Source: Candidatus Hydrogenedentales bacterium
GTDB taxonomy: Bacteria > Hydrogenedentota > Hydrogenedentia > Hydrogenedentales > SLHB01
Length of the DNA stretch: 64,000 bases
Direction: 5' to 3'
NCBI GenBank assembly: GCA_050950105.1
Contig: JBMNGZ010000008.1
Location: forward strand, 121,416 to 185,415
The notes below the pieces were generated by a model. That model did no database searches, was not told the origin of the DNA, and saw only the letters and a program-made list of their open reading frames with translations. Below, piece by piece: positions 48,848 through 59,736 of this stretch. Positions within the stretch are counted from its first letter, which is position 1. Every line of letters begins with the position of its first letter. A program made the translations under genes and the position numbers.

Positions 48848-50125
48848 ATGTTTCCAAAGGCGAACGAAGCATTGATCGAGCAGGCCTATTTCAACGCGCA
48901 GGAAGTCTATGCGCAATTCGGCGTGGACACGGCGAAAGCCCTGGAGCGCCTGAGCGCAATCCCCATTTCCCTGCACTGCTGGCAGGGCGACGACGTGGCC
49001 GGTTTCGAACGCATCGAGGCGGCGTCTGGCGGCGGCATCCAGGCGACGGGCAACTATCCCGGCAAGGCGCGGACGCCCGATGAACTTCGCCAGGATGCTG
49101 AGAAAGCCTTGAGCCTCATTCCCGGCACGCATCGATTCAACGTGCACGCGATGTACGCCGAAACCGGTGGCAAAAAAGTTGAGCGAAATGAGATTCAGCC
49201 CGAACATTTTCAGGCGTGGATCGACTGGGCAAAAGCAAACGGACTGGGCATGGATTTCAATCCCACCTGTTTCGCTCACCCGAAAGCCGACGACGGCTTC
49301 ACCCTGTCGCACCACGATAAAGGCATCCGCGAGTTCTGGATTGAACACTGCATCGCATGCCGGAAGGTGGGGGAGCACATCGGCCGGTCTCTGGGCGCCC
49401 CGTCTGTCACCAATGTATGGGTTCCCGATGGGTTCAAAGATATCCCGGCGGACCGGCTGGCGCCTCGTGCCCGCCTGAAAGAATCGCTCGACACGGTGTT
49501 CGCGGAAGCCATTGAACCGAAATACAATCTGGATGCCGTCGAATCGAAACTCTTTGGGATCGGGTCCGAGTCCTATGTGGTGGGTTCGCACGAGTTCTAC
49601 CTGGGCTATGCCCTCACAAATCAGAAGCTGCTATGCCTGGATGCGGGCCATTTTCATCCCACCGAAGGTATTGCCGACAAGATCTCGTCGGTATTGCTGT
49701 TCCTCGACGAAATTCTGCTGCACGTGAGCCGCGGGGTGCGTTGGGACAGTGATCATGTCGTAATTCTCTCCGATGACTTGCGCGCTATTGCCGAGGAGGT
49801 AGTTCGGCACGATTATCTGAACCGGGTACACATTGGCCTGGATTTCTTTGATGCCAGTATCAACCGCGTTGCCGCGTGGGTCACCGGCACACGCGCTATG
49901 CTCCAGGCCGTGCTGCTCGCGCTGCTCGAACCGCGGGACAGACTGCTTGAACTGGAACTCGCCGGGGATTACACGGCCCGGCTTGCCCTGCTTGAAGCGT
50001 TGAAGACGTTGCCATTTGGCGCGGTGTGGGACTATTACTGCCGGAAACTTGAAGTGCCGGCCGGCTGCGCCTGGCTCAACGACGTAAAACAGTATGAGAA
50101 GGATGTGCTCGCGGCCCGGGGATAG
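48848..50125 (+). CDS. rhaA: L-rhamnose isomerase
   Basis: [60 protein letters not shown]. Confidence 0.96.
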   Translation: MFPKANEALIEQAYFNAQEVYAQFGVDTAKALERLSAIPISLHCWQGDDVAGFERIEAASGGGIQATGNYPGKARTPDELRQDAEKALSLIPGTHRFNVHAMYAETGGKKVERNEIQPEHFQAWIDWAKANGLGMDFNPTCFAHPKADDGFTLSHHDKGIREFWIEHCIACRKVGEHIGRSLGAPSVTNVWVPDGFKDIPADRLAPRARLKESLDTVFAEAIEPKYNLDAVESKLFGIGSESYVVGSHEFYLGYALTNQKLLCLDAGHFHPTEGIADKISSVLLFLDEILLHVSRGVRWDSDHVVILSDDLRAIAEEVVRHDYLNRVHIGLDFFDASINRVAAWVTGTRAMLQAVLLALLEPRDRLLELELAGDYTARLALLEALKTLPFGAVWDYYCRKLEVPAGCAWLNDVKQYEKDVLAARG

Positions 50126-50212
50126 TCCCAAACCATGACATAGGCCGCAAGACCGCCCCTTCCCATGACCCGGCAAGCATGCTGCGCGTCGGCAGTGCGT
50201 CGAGAGGATGGT

Positions 50213-51544
50213 ATGGACTGGTACTATGCGGACGGGACGAATCAGGTAGGACCTCTGGACGGTCGTCAAATGGGGCAATTGGCCCAGCAGGGCAAAATCA
50301 CCGCGGAAACGCTGGTGTGGCGCGCTGGATTTCCAGCATGGGTGGCCGCGAAAAGGGCGGCTCCTCACTTGTTTTCGGGGGCAGCGCCCCAAGCAGCCCC
50401 AGCTCAGGCAGCCGCACCAAAACCGGGGGAAGGTGCTCCGGGCGCCGGGCGCGAACCGGTCTCTTCGCTTAATCTGCAAAGCAATCTGGCCGATGCGCTG
50501 GGCGACACGGGCAAAGCGCCGAATCTGCTCAATGCTCTGGGTGATTTCTCCGGTTTGAGCGGCCTGGGCGTGCTGGGCGAGGCGATGGGTCCCGTTGCGA
50601 CCGAGCCGGTGGTTGGGGAAGAGTTTTTCTGCGCCGCCTGCGGCACCATGAAGCCCAGCTCGCAGGCCGCGACCTTTGAAGGAAAGGTCTTATGCCTGCA
50701 GTGCGGCCGAAAATTGGGCAAAGAAGGCGGCCTCGACTACGCTGAGGGAGAGGCGTTCTACAGGGAAAAAACCAAGCGGCGGCCGCTGCGGCGCTTGGTG
50801 GCCTTTTTCGAACGCAACCGCCTTCAGTTTATTCTGGCAGGCTTGGCGCTGGGCCTCCTGCTCGTGATCCTGCTCTTGCGTCTGGCGGAAGCTCATGAAC
50901 TTGCGGGTGTTCTCGTTTTCGTTCTGGCGGCAGCGGTGCTGGGCGCGGCCTATACCGGAAACGGGCTGGGGCGAGCCTACGGACGGACCGTCTTAATCGC
51001 CACTATTTTCGCGCTGGTCGGGGAGTTGTTTCTCTTTCGAGGGAGCGGATTGCTCCTGATCGGAGCGCTTTCCTTTCTCGCGGCGCATGGCGCCTTTCTC
51101 ATTGCGTTTTGGATACGGGGGTTTTCGCTGGGCTGGAGCATCGGGGCGGCGATTCCACTGCTCGCCATCAGTGGAGCGAGTTATTTCTGGCTTCACGCCG
51201 ACGCCTCCGTTGAGATGGAGATCGCCCTGATTGGATTTGGGCTGCTGCTGACGACCATGACCATCTTCGGCATCGCGACCGTTGGCGCAGGCTGTGGCTA
51301 TCTTATTCTACTCGGCTCGATCGGTTTCTACGTGTCCGATTTACTGTTTGCCCGCGCCCTGGTCTACGATCTTCGCGCGGGGCTGGGCGACACCCTCTGC
51401 GCGTTTCCCCTTCGCCACGTTGCGCTGCTCTTGTTCGCATTCAGCATTTCCAGGGAACGTGAGCAGAGCATCCGGCTGGAAGAGCAACGGCAAGCCGCTG
51501 CCGCCGGGGCCCCACAGCCCTATGACCCGCTGATTCATTTTTGA
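50213..51544 (+). CDS. GYF_2 domain + Zn-ribbon + YhhN-like membrane domain protein
   Basis: WYYA...GP..ETLVWRAGFPAW, CAACG..CLQCG, then multi-TM GALSFLAAH and GFYVSDLL. Confidence 0.7.
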   Translation: MDWYYADGTNQVGPLDGRQMGQLAQQGKITAETLVWRAGFPAWVAAKRAAPHLFSGAAPQAAPAQAAAPKPGEGAPGAGREPVSSLNLQSNLADALGDTGKAPNLLNALGDFSGLSGLGVLGEAMGPVATEPVVGEEFFCAACGTMKPSSQAATFEGKVLCLQCGRKLGKEGGLDYAEGEAFYREKTKRRPLRRLVAFFERNRLQFILAGLALGLLLVILLLRLAEAHELAGVLVFVLAAAVLGAAYTGNGLGRAYGRTVLIATIFALVGELFLFRGSGLLLIGALSFLAAHGAFLIAFWIRGFSLGWSIGAAIPLLAISGASYFWLHADASVEMEIALIGFGLLLTTMTIFGIATVGAGCGYLILLGSIGFYVSDLLFARALVYDLRAGLGDTLCAFPLRHVALLLFAFSISREREQSIRLEEQRQAAAAGAPQPYDPLIHF

Positions 51545-51547
51545 GGG

Positions 51548-53293
51548 CTATCCCTGGCCCGACAGGGCTTTTTCAAGATCCGCCGCGATCGCGTCGGCGA
51601 GCCTGCGGTTGGGGATGTGTTTTGCTACCGGACAAACCCTTCCGTCGCGTGTTTTGACCTCTACGTTAAAAAACACCTGATTTCCGGATTGCATCCCGAA
51701 ACGCGTCGTGATGGCGTCCATATCGGCGTAGTAGAAGCTCTTTTGCCGGGCCAGACCCGCAAAACGGCTGGTCGCGGTCAATTCCTGGAAACTCACGTCC
51801 AACTGCTGCGAGCCAAACCACAGACTGAACACGACCACGCCGAGCGCCAGCTCGATGATGCAAAAGATGGCCGTTATCAGGACTGGTGCACCGAGCACGG
51901 CCAGCAAGACGCAGACGCCCGCCCACAGCACGAAGAAAACGGTCAGAAAGGCAGCCGCACCCTTCACCCGCCCTATGCTGAAATCGTAGCGTAGCCCGCC
52001 CGACGGTCTGGGGGTGCGGACGATGCCCGCCGCCCGCAGTTCCCGCTCCAGGTCGAACGCCTCGTGCCCGCTTTCAATGAAAGACTCGCCGGCGGGGTAA
52101 TCCGCCCGGCTATCCGGGGTGCAAAAAACCGGCACCTCAAACTGGGCGCGGTAATCGACGCCGGGCGTGGCCGCGCTCGCCTCCAGTCGCCAGAGGATGC
52201 GGTCGCCCCTGGTATTGTCGCTGGTCTGCTCGACGTCGAAGGGGATGGCGAATTGGACGGGAATGACGGTCTCGGCCATGTCTTGCGTGATCTGGCTGCG
52301 CGGCACCGCGCGGGCGTCCTGCCAGAGAATCCGTTCCTCGGTGCGGCGGTTTTTTCCTGCGCCAGTGGTCCGAACGCGGATGCAGTTCAGGGTGAGCTTG
52401 ACTCCGTCGTCCGGCTGAAGCCGGGCCTGTGCGCGGATGACTCCGGAGAGCGGGCCGCCGACAAGCCCGGGTACCGACGCCATTTCAAACTGGGAATTGC
52501 CGTATTTCCGCCAGCGAAGCAACGCCACCGCTGCCCAGACGGCCAGGCCAAGGCCGATCGCGGGAAACAGGAGCACCAGCAGGGCCGCCGTCTCACCTTC
52601 GCGCAGACTTTCCGGCACGATGACTATGATCAGCAAGAGTGACACCAGATTCCAGAAACCTGCGAACAGGAGCGAGAAAAGGGCGAATGCCTTGTTGGAG
52701 GAGGTGATTGTCCCGGTGGCCCAGGCGCTGTTCCATTGCCAGGGCTGCTCCGGGTACAGCTCGCGGACGCGGCGTTCGTTGCGGAGGCGGCTGCGCCCGT
52801 ACAGGGCCGCGGCGATCATGCCTGCGGCGGCGCCGCCAAATGCCAGGATAAATACCGTGTACAACAGGAGCATCTCGGGGCGAAGCTGGCGATACAGCAC
52901 AGCCTCCGAAGGGTTTTCGGGATTCACGAAGCATCGAAATGGCGTATCCGAGCCCTCGTATGGAGCCAATTCGCGCCAGACCTTCTGTTGAAAGGGGCCG
53001 AGGTTGTCCGAACCGTTCCCGATGGCCACGCGCTCGCCGGTATACTCCTGTCCGCCGTACGTGTAGCGGTATCGAGCCGTGGCCCGGTAGGTGGAACCGT
53101 CGGAATCGTGGGAGGTCTCGAGCCGGACTTCCTGGATGAATGCAGGCACTTCCTCCCACGGGCGCATATCGTGCCAGGCCACAACGGTCGTTGCCGCCAA
53201 GTAGCTCATGAACAGAGCGACCCCTGCAAAGGGAAGGGCGAACAGGATGAGGCAGCCCACGCCGCTTTTCGCGCTGCCAAACGAGATTTTCAT
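51548..53293 (-). CDS. DUF3592-containing membrane protein
   Basis: TM segments, W..VPA.I, YRYTYGGQEYTG, VNPENPSEAVL. Confidence 0.7.
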   Translation of the reverse strand: MKISFGSAKSGVGCLILFALPFAGVALFMSYLAATTVVAWHDMRPWEEVPAFIQEVRLETSHDSDGSTYRATARYRYTYGGQEYTGERVAIGNGSDNLGPFQQKVWRELAPYEGSDTPFRCFVNPENPSEAVLYRQLRPEMLLLYTVFILAFGGAAAGMIAAALYGRSRLRNERRVRELYPEQPWQWNSAWATGTITSSNKAFALFSLLFAGFWNLVSLLLIIVIVPESLREGETAALLVLLFPAIGLGLAVWAAVALLRWRKYGNSQFEMASVPGLVGGPLSGVIRAQARLQPDDGVKLTLNCIRVRTTGAGKNRRTEERILWQDARAVPRSQITQDMAETVIPVQFAIPFDVEQTSDNTRGDRILWRLEASAATPGVDYRAQFEVPVFCTPDSRADYPAGESFIESGHEAFDLERELRAAGIVRTPRPSGGLRYDFSIGRVKGAAAFLTVFFVLWAGVCVLLAVLGAPVLITAIFCIIELALGVVVFSLWFGSQQLDVSFQELTATSRFAGLARQKSFYYADMDAITTRFGMQSGNQVFFNVEVKTRDGRVCPVAKHIPNRRLADAIAADLEKALSGQG

Positions 53294-53372
53294 GGAATTT
53301 AGCCTCCGCCCTGAATTCCTCCGGCCCGTAGTATACCCACGACAGCCCGGGAGGAAAATGGCGGAAACAGAC

Positions 53373-54014
53373 TCAGTGTGGCATGTCACCCAGACGCGCC
53401 ACGATGTCCACAATATCGGCCGCGACGCGCGCATGGGCGTCCGCATGGTGAAATTCTGCGTCCGTGCCGTATCCGTAGCGCGCTGCGATGGCATAGGCGC
53501 CGTTGGCTTTGGCGGCCTCGATGTCAGTGGCGCGGTCGCCCACGACGATGGCCGGCCGCAGCTGGATGGTGCCCATAATGTGGCGCACCATCGCAGTCTT
53601 GTCCGGGTAGCCCTGGCCGATGCATGTGTTGAGTTGGAAAAATTTCCGCAGGCTGAATTCCTGGAGCACCTGAGTCAAATAGGGGACGGACGCATTGGTG
53701 CAAGTCGCCAGAGCGTGCCCGGCACGCGTCAGTGCCTGCAAGGCCGGCAGAACGCCCGGAAAGAGCGCCCCGGCGGTAGCAATAAACTCGAGTTCCCGCT
53801 CATTGACGGCCTCAACGATGTCCGGGGCCGTTTGCGGCGGGCACCGGCGTGCAAGCCAGGCCTCAAACTCGTGTACCGGCAGGCCGACGGTCTGCCGAAT
53901 GGCCGCCTCGCTTGGCGGCGTTAAACCCTGGGCCTGGAAGACCTCGCGGATCGCCGGCACGGTCGCCCGCTGCGACTGCAGCAGCGTTCCGTCGACATCG
54001 AAAATGATAAGCAT
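53373..54014 (-). CDS. HAD-family hydrolase (phosphoglycolate phosphatase-like)
   Basis: IIFDVDGTL, CTN, VGDRATDIEAA. Confidence 0.9.
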   Translation of the reverse strand: MLIIFDVDGTLLQSQRATVPAIREVFQAQGLTPPSEAAIRQTVGLPVHEFEAWLARRCPPQTAPDIVEAVNERELEFIATAGALFPGVLPALQALTRAGHALATCTNASVPYLTQVLQEFSLRKFFQLNTCIGQGYPDKTAMVRHIMGTIQLRPAIVVGDRATDIEAAKANGAYAIAARYGYGTDAEFHHADAHARVAADIVDIVARLGDMPH

Positions 54015-54303
54015 GGGATGCGCCAAAATCCCCTCCCGAAGAATTGACCTTCACTTCAAATGCGGAAGTATCTATACGCTAACACAGCGGCGAAGAACGT
54101 GCGCCTATGGGCGGAGTCGATACCCGGCAACTGCTGCCCAACGCGACGGCTGACAAGCTTGATGCCGCAACCGCGCGGCTGTGCTGCGCAAAACAGCCGC
54201 TCGAAACCGCGTTGCCGTGAGCCGCTTTGCGAAAAGGCGTTTTTCGCGAGTTACCGGGGCTTGCCGCCGGCCCGCCATCGCACAGCCGGCGGCTTCTCTC
54301 TCC

Positions 54304-57183
54304 TTAGACAAGTTGCTGGGTGCGGTTGATGACCATGTCCTGCCAATCTTTGGTCAGGGTGGCGAAACGGGCCGACCATCCCGCAATGCGAACCGACAGA
54401 TTGGGGTAGTTCTCGGGGTGCTGTTGCGCATCCAGGAGCATCGCCGAGTCAACCACATCCGTATGCATGAACCAGCCGCCAAGACTCACAAAGGTTCGCG
54501 ACAGCGCCACCATGGCATCGATGCCTGTCTCTCCTTTGACGCTGTCCGGATGCAGTTTGAGTTCCACGGTCGCGCCGTTGGGGCTGCGGGTAAAATCGAG
54601 TTTGCAGTACGATTTCAGGACCGCCGTGGGCCCTTCCCGGTCCGTTCCGGGCGATGGCGAACAGTTGGTCGCCAGTAGCTCGCCCCGCTGATGCCCGTCG
54701 GGTGACGGGCCGGTGTTCCGCCACTCGATTTCGCGGCCGAAGGTGCTGATACCCGCCGGGCGCAGGACGCCATGGCGCTCTTTTACCTCCGCCATAAGAT
54801 CCGTGTAGTCATTGAACACGCGGATGGCCATGGCGTCGGCTTCGTCGTCGTCGTTGCCGTAGAAGGTCGAGCGGTTCAGCACGCGGCGGCGAAGGTTTTC
54901 CTGGCCGTCCCAGTCGTTGCACACGATGTTCAGAAACTCGGGGAGCGTCAGGTGCTGCTCCTCGTACACCAGCTTCTTGATAACGTGCAGGCTGTTGGCG
55001 ACGTTTGCCAGACGGCCGATGTGTGCTGCAAATACCGTGTATACCGCGCCGCGATCGTAATAGGAGCGGCCGGATTCAATGCAGCCGTCAACGAACATGG
55101 ACACGAGCGGCGTGGGGATGCCATTCCGGGCCCAGCCGTCGGCCGCGCGGTGGTGGGCGTCGAGGGCCTGGGCCAGGCATTTGAGCCAGGTGGCGTAGAG
55201 GGCCTCGAAATCCGGAAAGTCCACCGGGTTGCCGCCGCGCAGGGCAAGCGCGTCCTGCAGAATGCTCAAACCGTCAAAGGGGCGGTAAATGAAACACGTC
55301 TTGCCGGGGATGATGGCCTCCCAGCAGCCGTCGTTGGCGAACGTGCGGGCCTCGTCAAGCGGATAGCCGAATTTGACCAGCCCGTCGATGGCGACTTCCT
55401 CGTTGTATGCGGCGACAATGCCGCCCCCGTGCCGCTGCACCTCCGCCATTCGGCGGAGCAGCCGCTCGGGTGAATGGCGATTGAGGCGTACCGCAATCGG
55501 GAAATCGCTGATGTGCAGTTCCTCGACCACGTCGAGAACCAGCCAGGTGACGTCGTTGGTGACGTCCGTTCCGTCGGGCCCAATCCCGCTGAGCACGATG
55601 TTCTGGTAATGCTGGGCATCGCCGGAGCCGCGGGTTTCAAAGGCGCCGATCCATTCGCAACCCTTGATCCAGAAATGGGCAAGCAGTTCGCGCGCCTCAT
55701 CCCGCGTGATGCGTCCTTCAGCCAGATCGCGTTTGAGATAGGGTCCCAGCATGGCGTCCAGGCGCCCGATACCCGACCAGGTACCCATAAGCCGCTGGAA
55801 TGCATACATGAACCACAGGGATTGCACGGCCTCTCGGAAAGTTTGAGGCGGGTTTTCGGGCACACGGCGCAAGGTTTCACGCACGTCGAGATAGTGCTGG
55901 CGTTCGGCGTCCGTGGATGTCTCCGCGAGGCGGGCCAGCTCGTCCATATGCCGCTGGTGCCACAGCTCCGCCGCATCCAGGCAGATCAGCATGGAATGCA
56001 GCAGGTCCTCGCTGGTGCGCGGGCCGGGGCTGAAATGGGCGGGATTACGGAGCTGCGACGCGTCTGTGAGGACGGGCCGCCCGTCCGCCTCGCCAACGCG
56101 CCAGAGACCGACGGTGTGGCTGTCCGCGGTCCAGGATTCGCCCGGCGCTGTTTCACGTACGACATTGGAGATGCGCACTTCCGCGATGGCGCCGCGGCAT
56201 CCGAGGTTGCCGGGCGGATATGCGCCGAAATACAGCGCGCCGGCCTCTACATCGGACGCATCCCTCGCGTGAACCGCCTCATCGGCGACGCATTCGCCGT
56301 CCACAAACAGGGCGACCCGCGCCCCGTCGAACGTCATGGCCAGCTCGTGCCAGGCGCCATCGGCAATGAAGCGCTGCGATTTGATCTCGGCGGGCGTATA
56401 ACCGGGCAAATACGCGCTGAAACAGCCCGTACCGGCATAGGAGTAGAGTTCCCAGTGCCGGCGGCTCTCTTTGTTGCGGTTCAGCACCAGGACGTTGAAT
56501 CCGTCCTTGGACTCAATCCGGGCGCGGCATTCCACGGTAAGCGGCGGCGTATCGTATGCCGCACGGGGAGCGGCCGCGGCCCAGTGCGCAGCCTGGCCGC
56601 TGGTGCTGAATATCCGACCCTGCGGGCCATCAGCCAGAAACCCGGGTGTGGCGGATGAATTATCAAACCCGCCCCGGGCCAGACGTTCCTCAATGCGGCG
56701 CCGCAGTCCTTGGTACCCTTCGTTCAGCACCCGGTCGAAGCCCAGGGTCGTGTGGCTGACGCTTGAAATGCCGGCTACGGGCGTCTGATGCGCCGCGGCC
56801 TCGATCAGCGTCGCCGAACCCACGACTTTCTCGCCGGGGAGAATGCGGATCGGCGCGTGTTCCGCGACCAGTTGACAGGCTTTCGCGTACCGGATGTCCG
56901 GCGACAGCGACGCCATCGCGCTCTCATCGAGCGAGACACCCGCTTTTACCATCGAACGGCCGTGCTCGCCGGCGATGGCCCGCGCCGCCAGTTCATGAGT
57001 CGCAGCCGACAGCCTTTGGGGCGAAGCAGGCCGCCACGCCGCGCCCCAGCGCTTCAATGAAGCCTCGGCCTGCGTGTGCGCCGCTGCACCACCCATCCAA
57101 TACAAGCCGCCGCCCAGCGCGGTCATCCGCGACACGGCGCCAACGAAATCCCTGCGGCTGATGCTCTTCTTCTGTCCCGGCAT
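54304..57183 (-). CDS. PFL-family glycyl-radical-type enzyme with Tat signal and inserted LamG-like domain
   Basis: SRRDFVG plus hydrophobic stretch and AxA. PPQTFREAVQSLW, GRLDAML, Cys loop DGCWE, Gly loop VRIAGWSARF. LamG-like TVEC, DGAWHELAMTFDG..LFVDG, GAIAEVRIS. Confidence 0.82.
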   Translation of the reverse strand: MPGQKKSISRRDFVGAVSRMTALGGGLYWMGGAAAHTQAEASLKRWGAAWRPASPQRLSAATHELAARAIAGEHGRSMVKAGVSLDESAMASLSPDIRYAKACQLVAEHAPIRILPGEKVVGSATLIEAAAHQTPVAGISSVSHTTLGFDRVLNEGYQGLRRRIEERLARGGFDNSSATPGFLADGPQGRIFSTSGQAAHWAAAAPRAAYDTPPLTVECRARIESKDGFNVLVLNRNKESRRHWELYSYAGTGCFSAYLPGYTPAEIKSQRFIADGAWHELAMTFDGARVALFVDGECVADEAVHARDASDVEAGALYFGAYPPGNLGCRGAIAEVRISNVVRETAPGESWTADSHTVGLWRVGEADGRPVLTDASQLRNPAHFSPGPRTSEDLLHSMLICLDAAELWHQRHMDELARLAETSTDAERQHYLDVRETLRRVPENPPQTFREAVQSLWFMYAFQRLMGTWSGIGRLDAMLGPYLKRDLAEGRITRDEARELLAHFWIKGCEWIGAFETRGSGDAQHYQNIVLSGIGPDGTDVTNDVTWLVLDVVEELHISDFPIAVRLNRHSPERLLRRMAEVQRHGGGIVAAYNEEVAIDGLVKFGYPLDEARTFANDGCWEAIIPGKTCFIYRPFDGLSILQDALALRGGNPVDFPDFEALYATWLKCLAQALDAHHRAADGWARNGIPTPLVSMFVDGCIESGRSYYDRGAVYTVFAAHIGRLANVANSLHVIKKLVYEEQHLTLPEFLNIVCNDWDGQENLRRRVLNRSTFYGNDDDEADAMAIRVFNDYTDLMAEVKERHGVLRPAGISTFGREIEWRNTGPSPDGHQRGELLATNCSPSPGTDREGPTAVLKSYCKLDFTRSPNGATVELKLHPDSVKGETGIDAMVALSRTFVSLGGWFMHTDVVDSAMLLDAQQHPENYPNLSVRIAGWSARFATLTKDWQDMVINRTQQLV

Positions 57184-57339
57184 ACAACGCCTCCTGTCCG
57201 ATCGGGTATAAAGACAGCCCGACGCATAACGATTGTACACGATGACACGGCGGTATTCCTGTCTGAATGAACGTTCAGGTCTGACCGCGTCGCTGTGTTA
57301 CCGTCGTCCGCGCTGTTCAGGATGCCGCCCGGCCGGCAT

Positions 57340-59358
57340 TTATCTGGTCACGGCCATCATCACGCTGTGAGGGGGCAGAGAGAACAAAACACGTTCGCCC
57401 AGACGCTTCCTCTCTTCCACGCTTCGGGAAATGGCGTCGGGCTGGTCGGCGGTATTGAACGACCCGGGAGACGCTGCGGTCAGGGTGACCAGCTCGGCCC
57501 GGGAGCGTGCGAAACCCGGTGCAGACAGCTCCCAGGACAGGTCGACCGTTTCACCGTGGAAATTGAGCGCAATGAGGAGCAGGTGCTCGCGGGAGGCGTC
57601 GTAAGCGGCCTGCGCCACCACCGCAGAGTCTTCGCCTTCCATCTCCAGCCGAAGCGGCCAGGCGGCGGGATTGGCCGAAAACAGTTCGAATACCCTGCCC
57701 GTTGCGGAAAGGTAAGCGCCTTCTTTCGGACATTCGAGCACGTTCTGGCCCCAGGCATTGGCCAGATTGCTGAAATTGGCGAAGGCAAACTCTCCACCCA
57801 GGCGCTGGAACAGCAGAACTTGTCTCGCTGCATCCATCGCATCGCCCCAGCGCAGCGCCCGATTCTGGAGCACCGTCTCACGCTGGTCCGATGAGGCTGG
57901 AGCGTCGTTACCCGGAGCCCGCCATTCGGTGTTGCACAGCCGGATGCCGCGGCCCGCCCGGGCGTTGTATTCGCGCAGCGTTTCGAGCACGCCGCGGAGC
58001 CGATCCTCGTCAAGCTCCCGGTCGGCAACGAAATCGATATGGGGGCCGGCAATCTCGAGCATCTGCGGCAAAAAGGCATGAAAACGCCAATAAACAGCCA
58101 TGATCACTTGTATGCCGGGCGCGGCGGCTTTCATCGCCCGGGCAAAATCGACGCAGCGCCGGGCGTATTCGAGGGCATCGTATTTCCGGTACGGTTCGTT
58201 GCCAAGCTCCCAATACGTGACGCCGAACGGCTCGGCGTGCCCGTGCAAGGCGCGCAGTGCACCTTGGGGATGTTCCGCCGGAGCATTGCAGTAGGCGGCC
58301 CAGTCTGCAGCTTCCGCGGGGCTGCCGGTCAGGACATTGACGCAGATCAGCGGTTCCGCGCCGATTTCACGGCACAAAGCGGTGAATTCGGCTGTCCCGA
58401 CGTCGTTATTTTCCAGTCCGCCCCAATAGGGGCTTTCGCGGGGCCGGCGTTCGTCTACCGGGCCGATACCGTCGCGCCAGAAATAAAACGATGCAGAGCA
58501 GCCGCCTGGCCAGCGCAGGACGCCAGGGCGCACCCGCCTCAGCGCGTCGATTGCGTCGCGCCGCCAGCCCTCCACATTGTCTGAGGGCATCAGCGAGAGG
58601 CCGTCGAGGGCAAGTGTGATGCCCGGGGGGACGGTGATGCCCAGCATTGCGGGGCCTTGGTAATCACTGCCGGGTAATTCGCATTCAAGTTGCTGCCAGG
58701 AGTTCCCGATCCCGCGCAGGGTGCCGGTGGCCAGCGGGCTGTCGGTTCGGCTCTCCTCGTACAGGCCCACGGTGACATGGATCGCTGGCGTCTCCGGCTC
58801 CATCAACTCCCCGTGTCTCACATAACCGCGAAGACGGTAGGACATCCCCTTGCGCAGCCAGAGCCCGTCCTGTGCCAGGATCGCCGTGGAGGTATTATTG
58901 CGATTGGTCACATGCGCCGAACGTTCTCCGTGTCGAAAATCCCGGTACGCTGAATAGCCCAAATGGGCCTCGGGGTTACCTGGAGCGATGTACCAATCCG
59001 CTTCCTTATAGCCCGAATGCCACCAATCTTCGGTACTCAGATCATCGTCCGGTCTGCGGTGCAGCCACCCCCATACGGATTCCTTGAAAGGCGTGACTTG
59101 TTCAAAGCTGCGGTTAAACAGCATCTCCGCCCACAGACCATCAAGCTGGCGCCCGAATCCGCTCTGGATAAGATGGCCGTAGAGCAGAGGAGAGGCGGGC
59201 TCGGGCATAAGCTCATCGGGGGTCACAACCACCCGGAGGGGCGGCCGGGCCGCGTCGGAGGGGACGCGTCGCTCCCGGGAGGCCGCGAACGACGTGGCCG
59301 GCAGGACCAAAAGGAGGAAGAGCAGCGCGCCCCGTTGCAATCTACCCGGAATGTCCAT
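57340..59358 (-). CDS. Secreted GH51 alpha-L-arabinofuranosidase-like protein
   Basis: Signal peptide, GLWAEMLFNRSFE, LRWPGGC, WRDGIGP, YWELGNE, NTEW. Confidence 0.85.
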   Translation of the reverse strand: MDIPGRLQRGALLFLLLVLPATSFAASRERRVPSDAARPPLRVVVTPDELMPEPASPLLYGHLIQSGFGRQLDGLWAEMLFNRSFEQVTPFKESVWGWLHRRPDDDLSTEDWWHSGYKEADWYIAPGNPEAHLGYSAYRDFRHGERSAHVTNRNNTSTAILAQDGLWLRKGMSYRLRGYVRHGELMEPETPAIHVTVGLYEESRTDSPLATGTLRGIGNSWQQLECELPGSDYQGPAMLGITVPPGITLALDGLSLMPSDNVEGWRRDAIDALRRVRPGVLRWPGGCSASFYFWRDGIGPVDERRPRESPYWGGLENNDVGTAEFTALCREIGAEPLICVNVLTGSPAEAADWAAYCNAPAEHPQGALRALHGHAEPFGVTYWELGNEPYRKYDALEYARRCVDFARAMKAAAPGIQVIMAVYWRFHAFLPQMLEIAGPHIDFVADRELDEDRLRGVLETLREYNARAGRGIRLCNTEWRAPGNDAPASSDQRETVLQNRALRWGDAMDAARQVLLFQRLGGEFAFANFSNLANAWGQNVLECPKEGAYLSATGRVFELFSANPAAWPLRLEMEGEDSAVVAQAAYDASREHLLLIALNFHGETVDLSWELSAPGFARSRAELVTLTAASPGSFNTADQPDAISRSVEERKRLGERVLFSLPPHSVMMAVTR

Positions 59359-59602
59359 CTCGTCTCCGCAGCTTTAAACACGTCTCCATCACGGTCGCGC
59401 CATCCTCTGGCGAGACCGGATGTAAGCGTTTACCAGAGAAAACGTCAACGCAGGAAAGCATGGTGTCCCGCTCCGGCTGAGAAAAACATCGTGATTCCGC
59501 TGCCCAGGCACGCCATTTCCCACACACAATAGCCGACGTGTGCGGCTGCCCCTAAGCTAGCATAATACTGCCTGTATAGGTAAGCGATTACCTGCCGCAG
59601 AG

Positions 59603-59631
59603 TTGACAAGCACCTGATTCTCAAGTACTCT
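59603..59631 (+). promoter_or_regulatory. Sigma-70-type promoter
   Basis: TTGACA-N17-TACTCT upstream of the prepilin-type gene. Confidence 0.5.
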
Positions 59632-59736
59632 CTGGCACTTTCGCGGCCACATCGGGCAACGCAAACGCCTATTAGACCCGAGCCGCGAAGAGGTTTGCAA
59701 ACGCAACGGCTGAACAGGCCGGCAAAGGAGCTGAAC

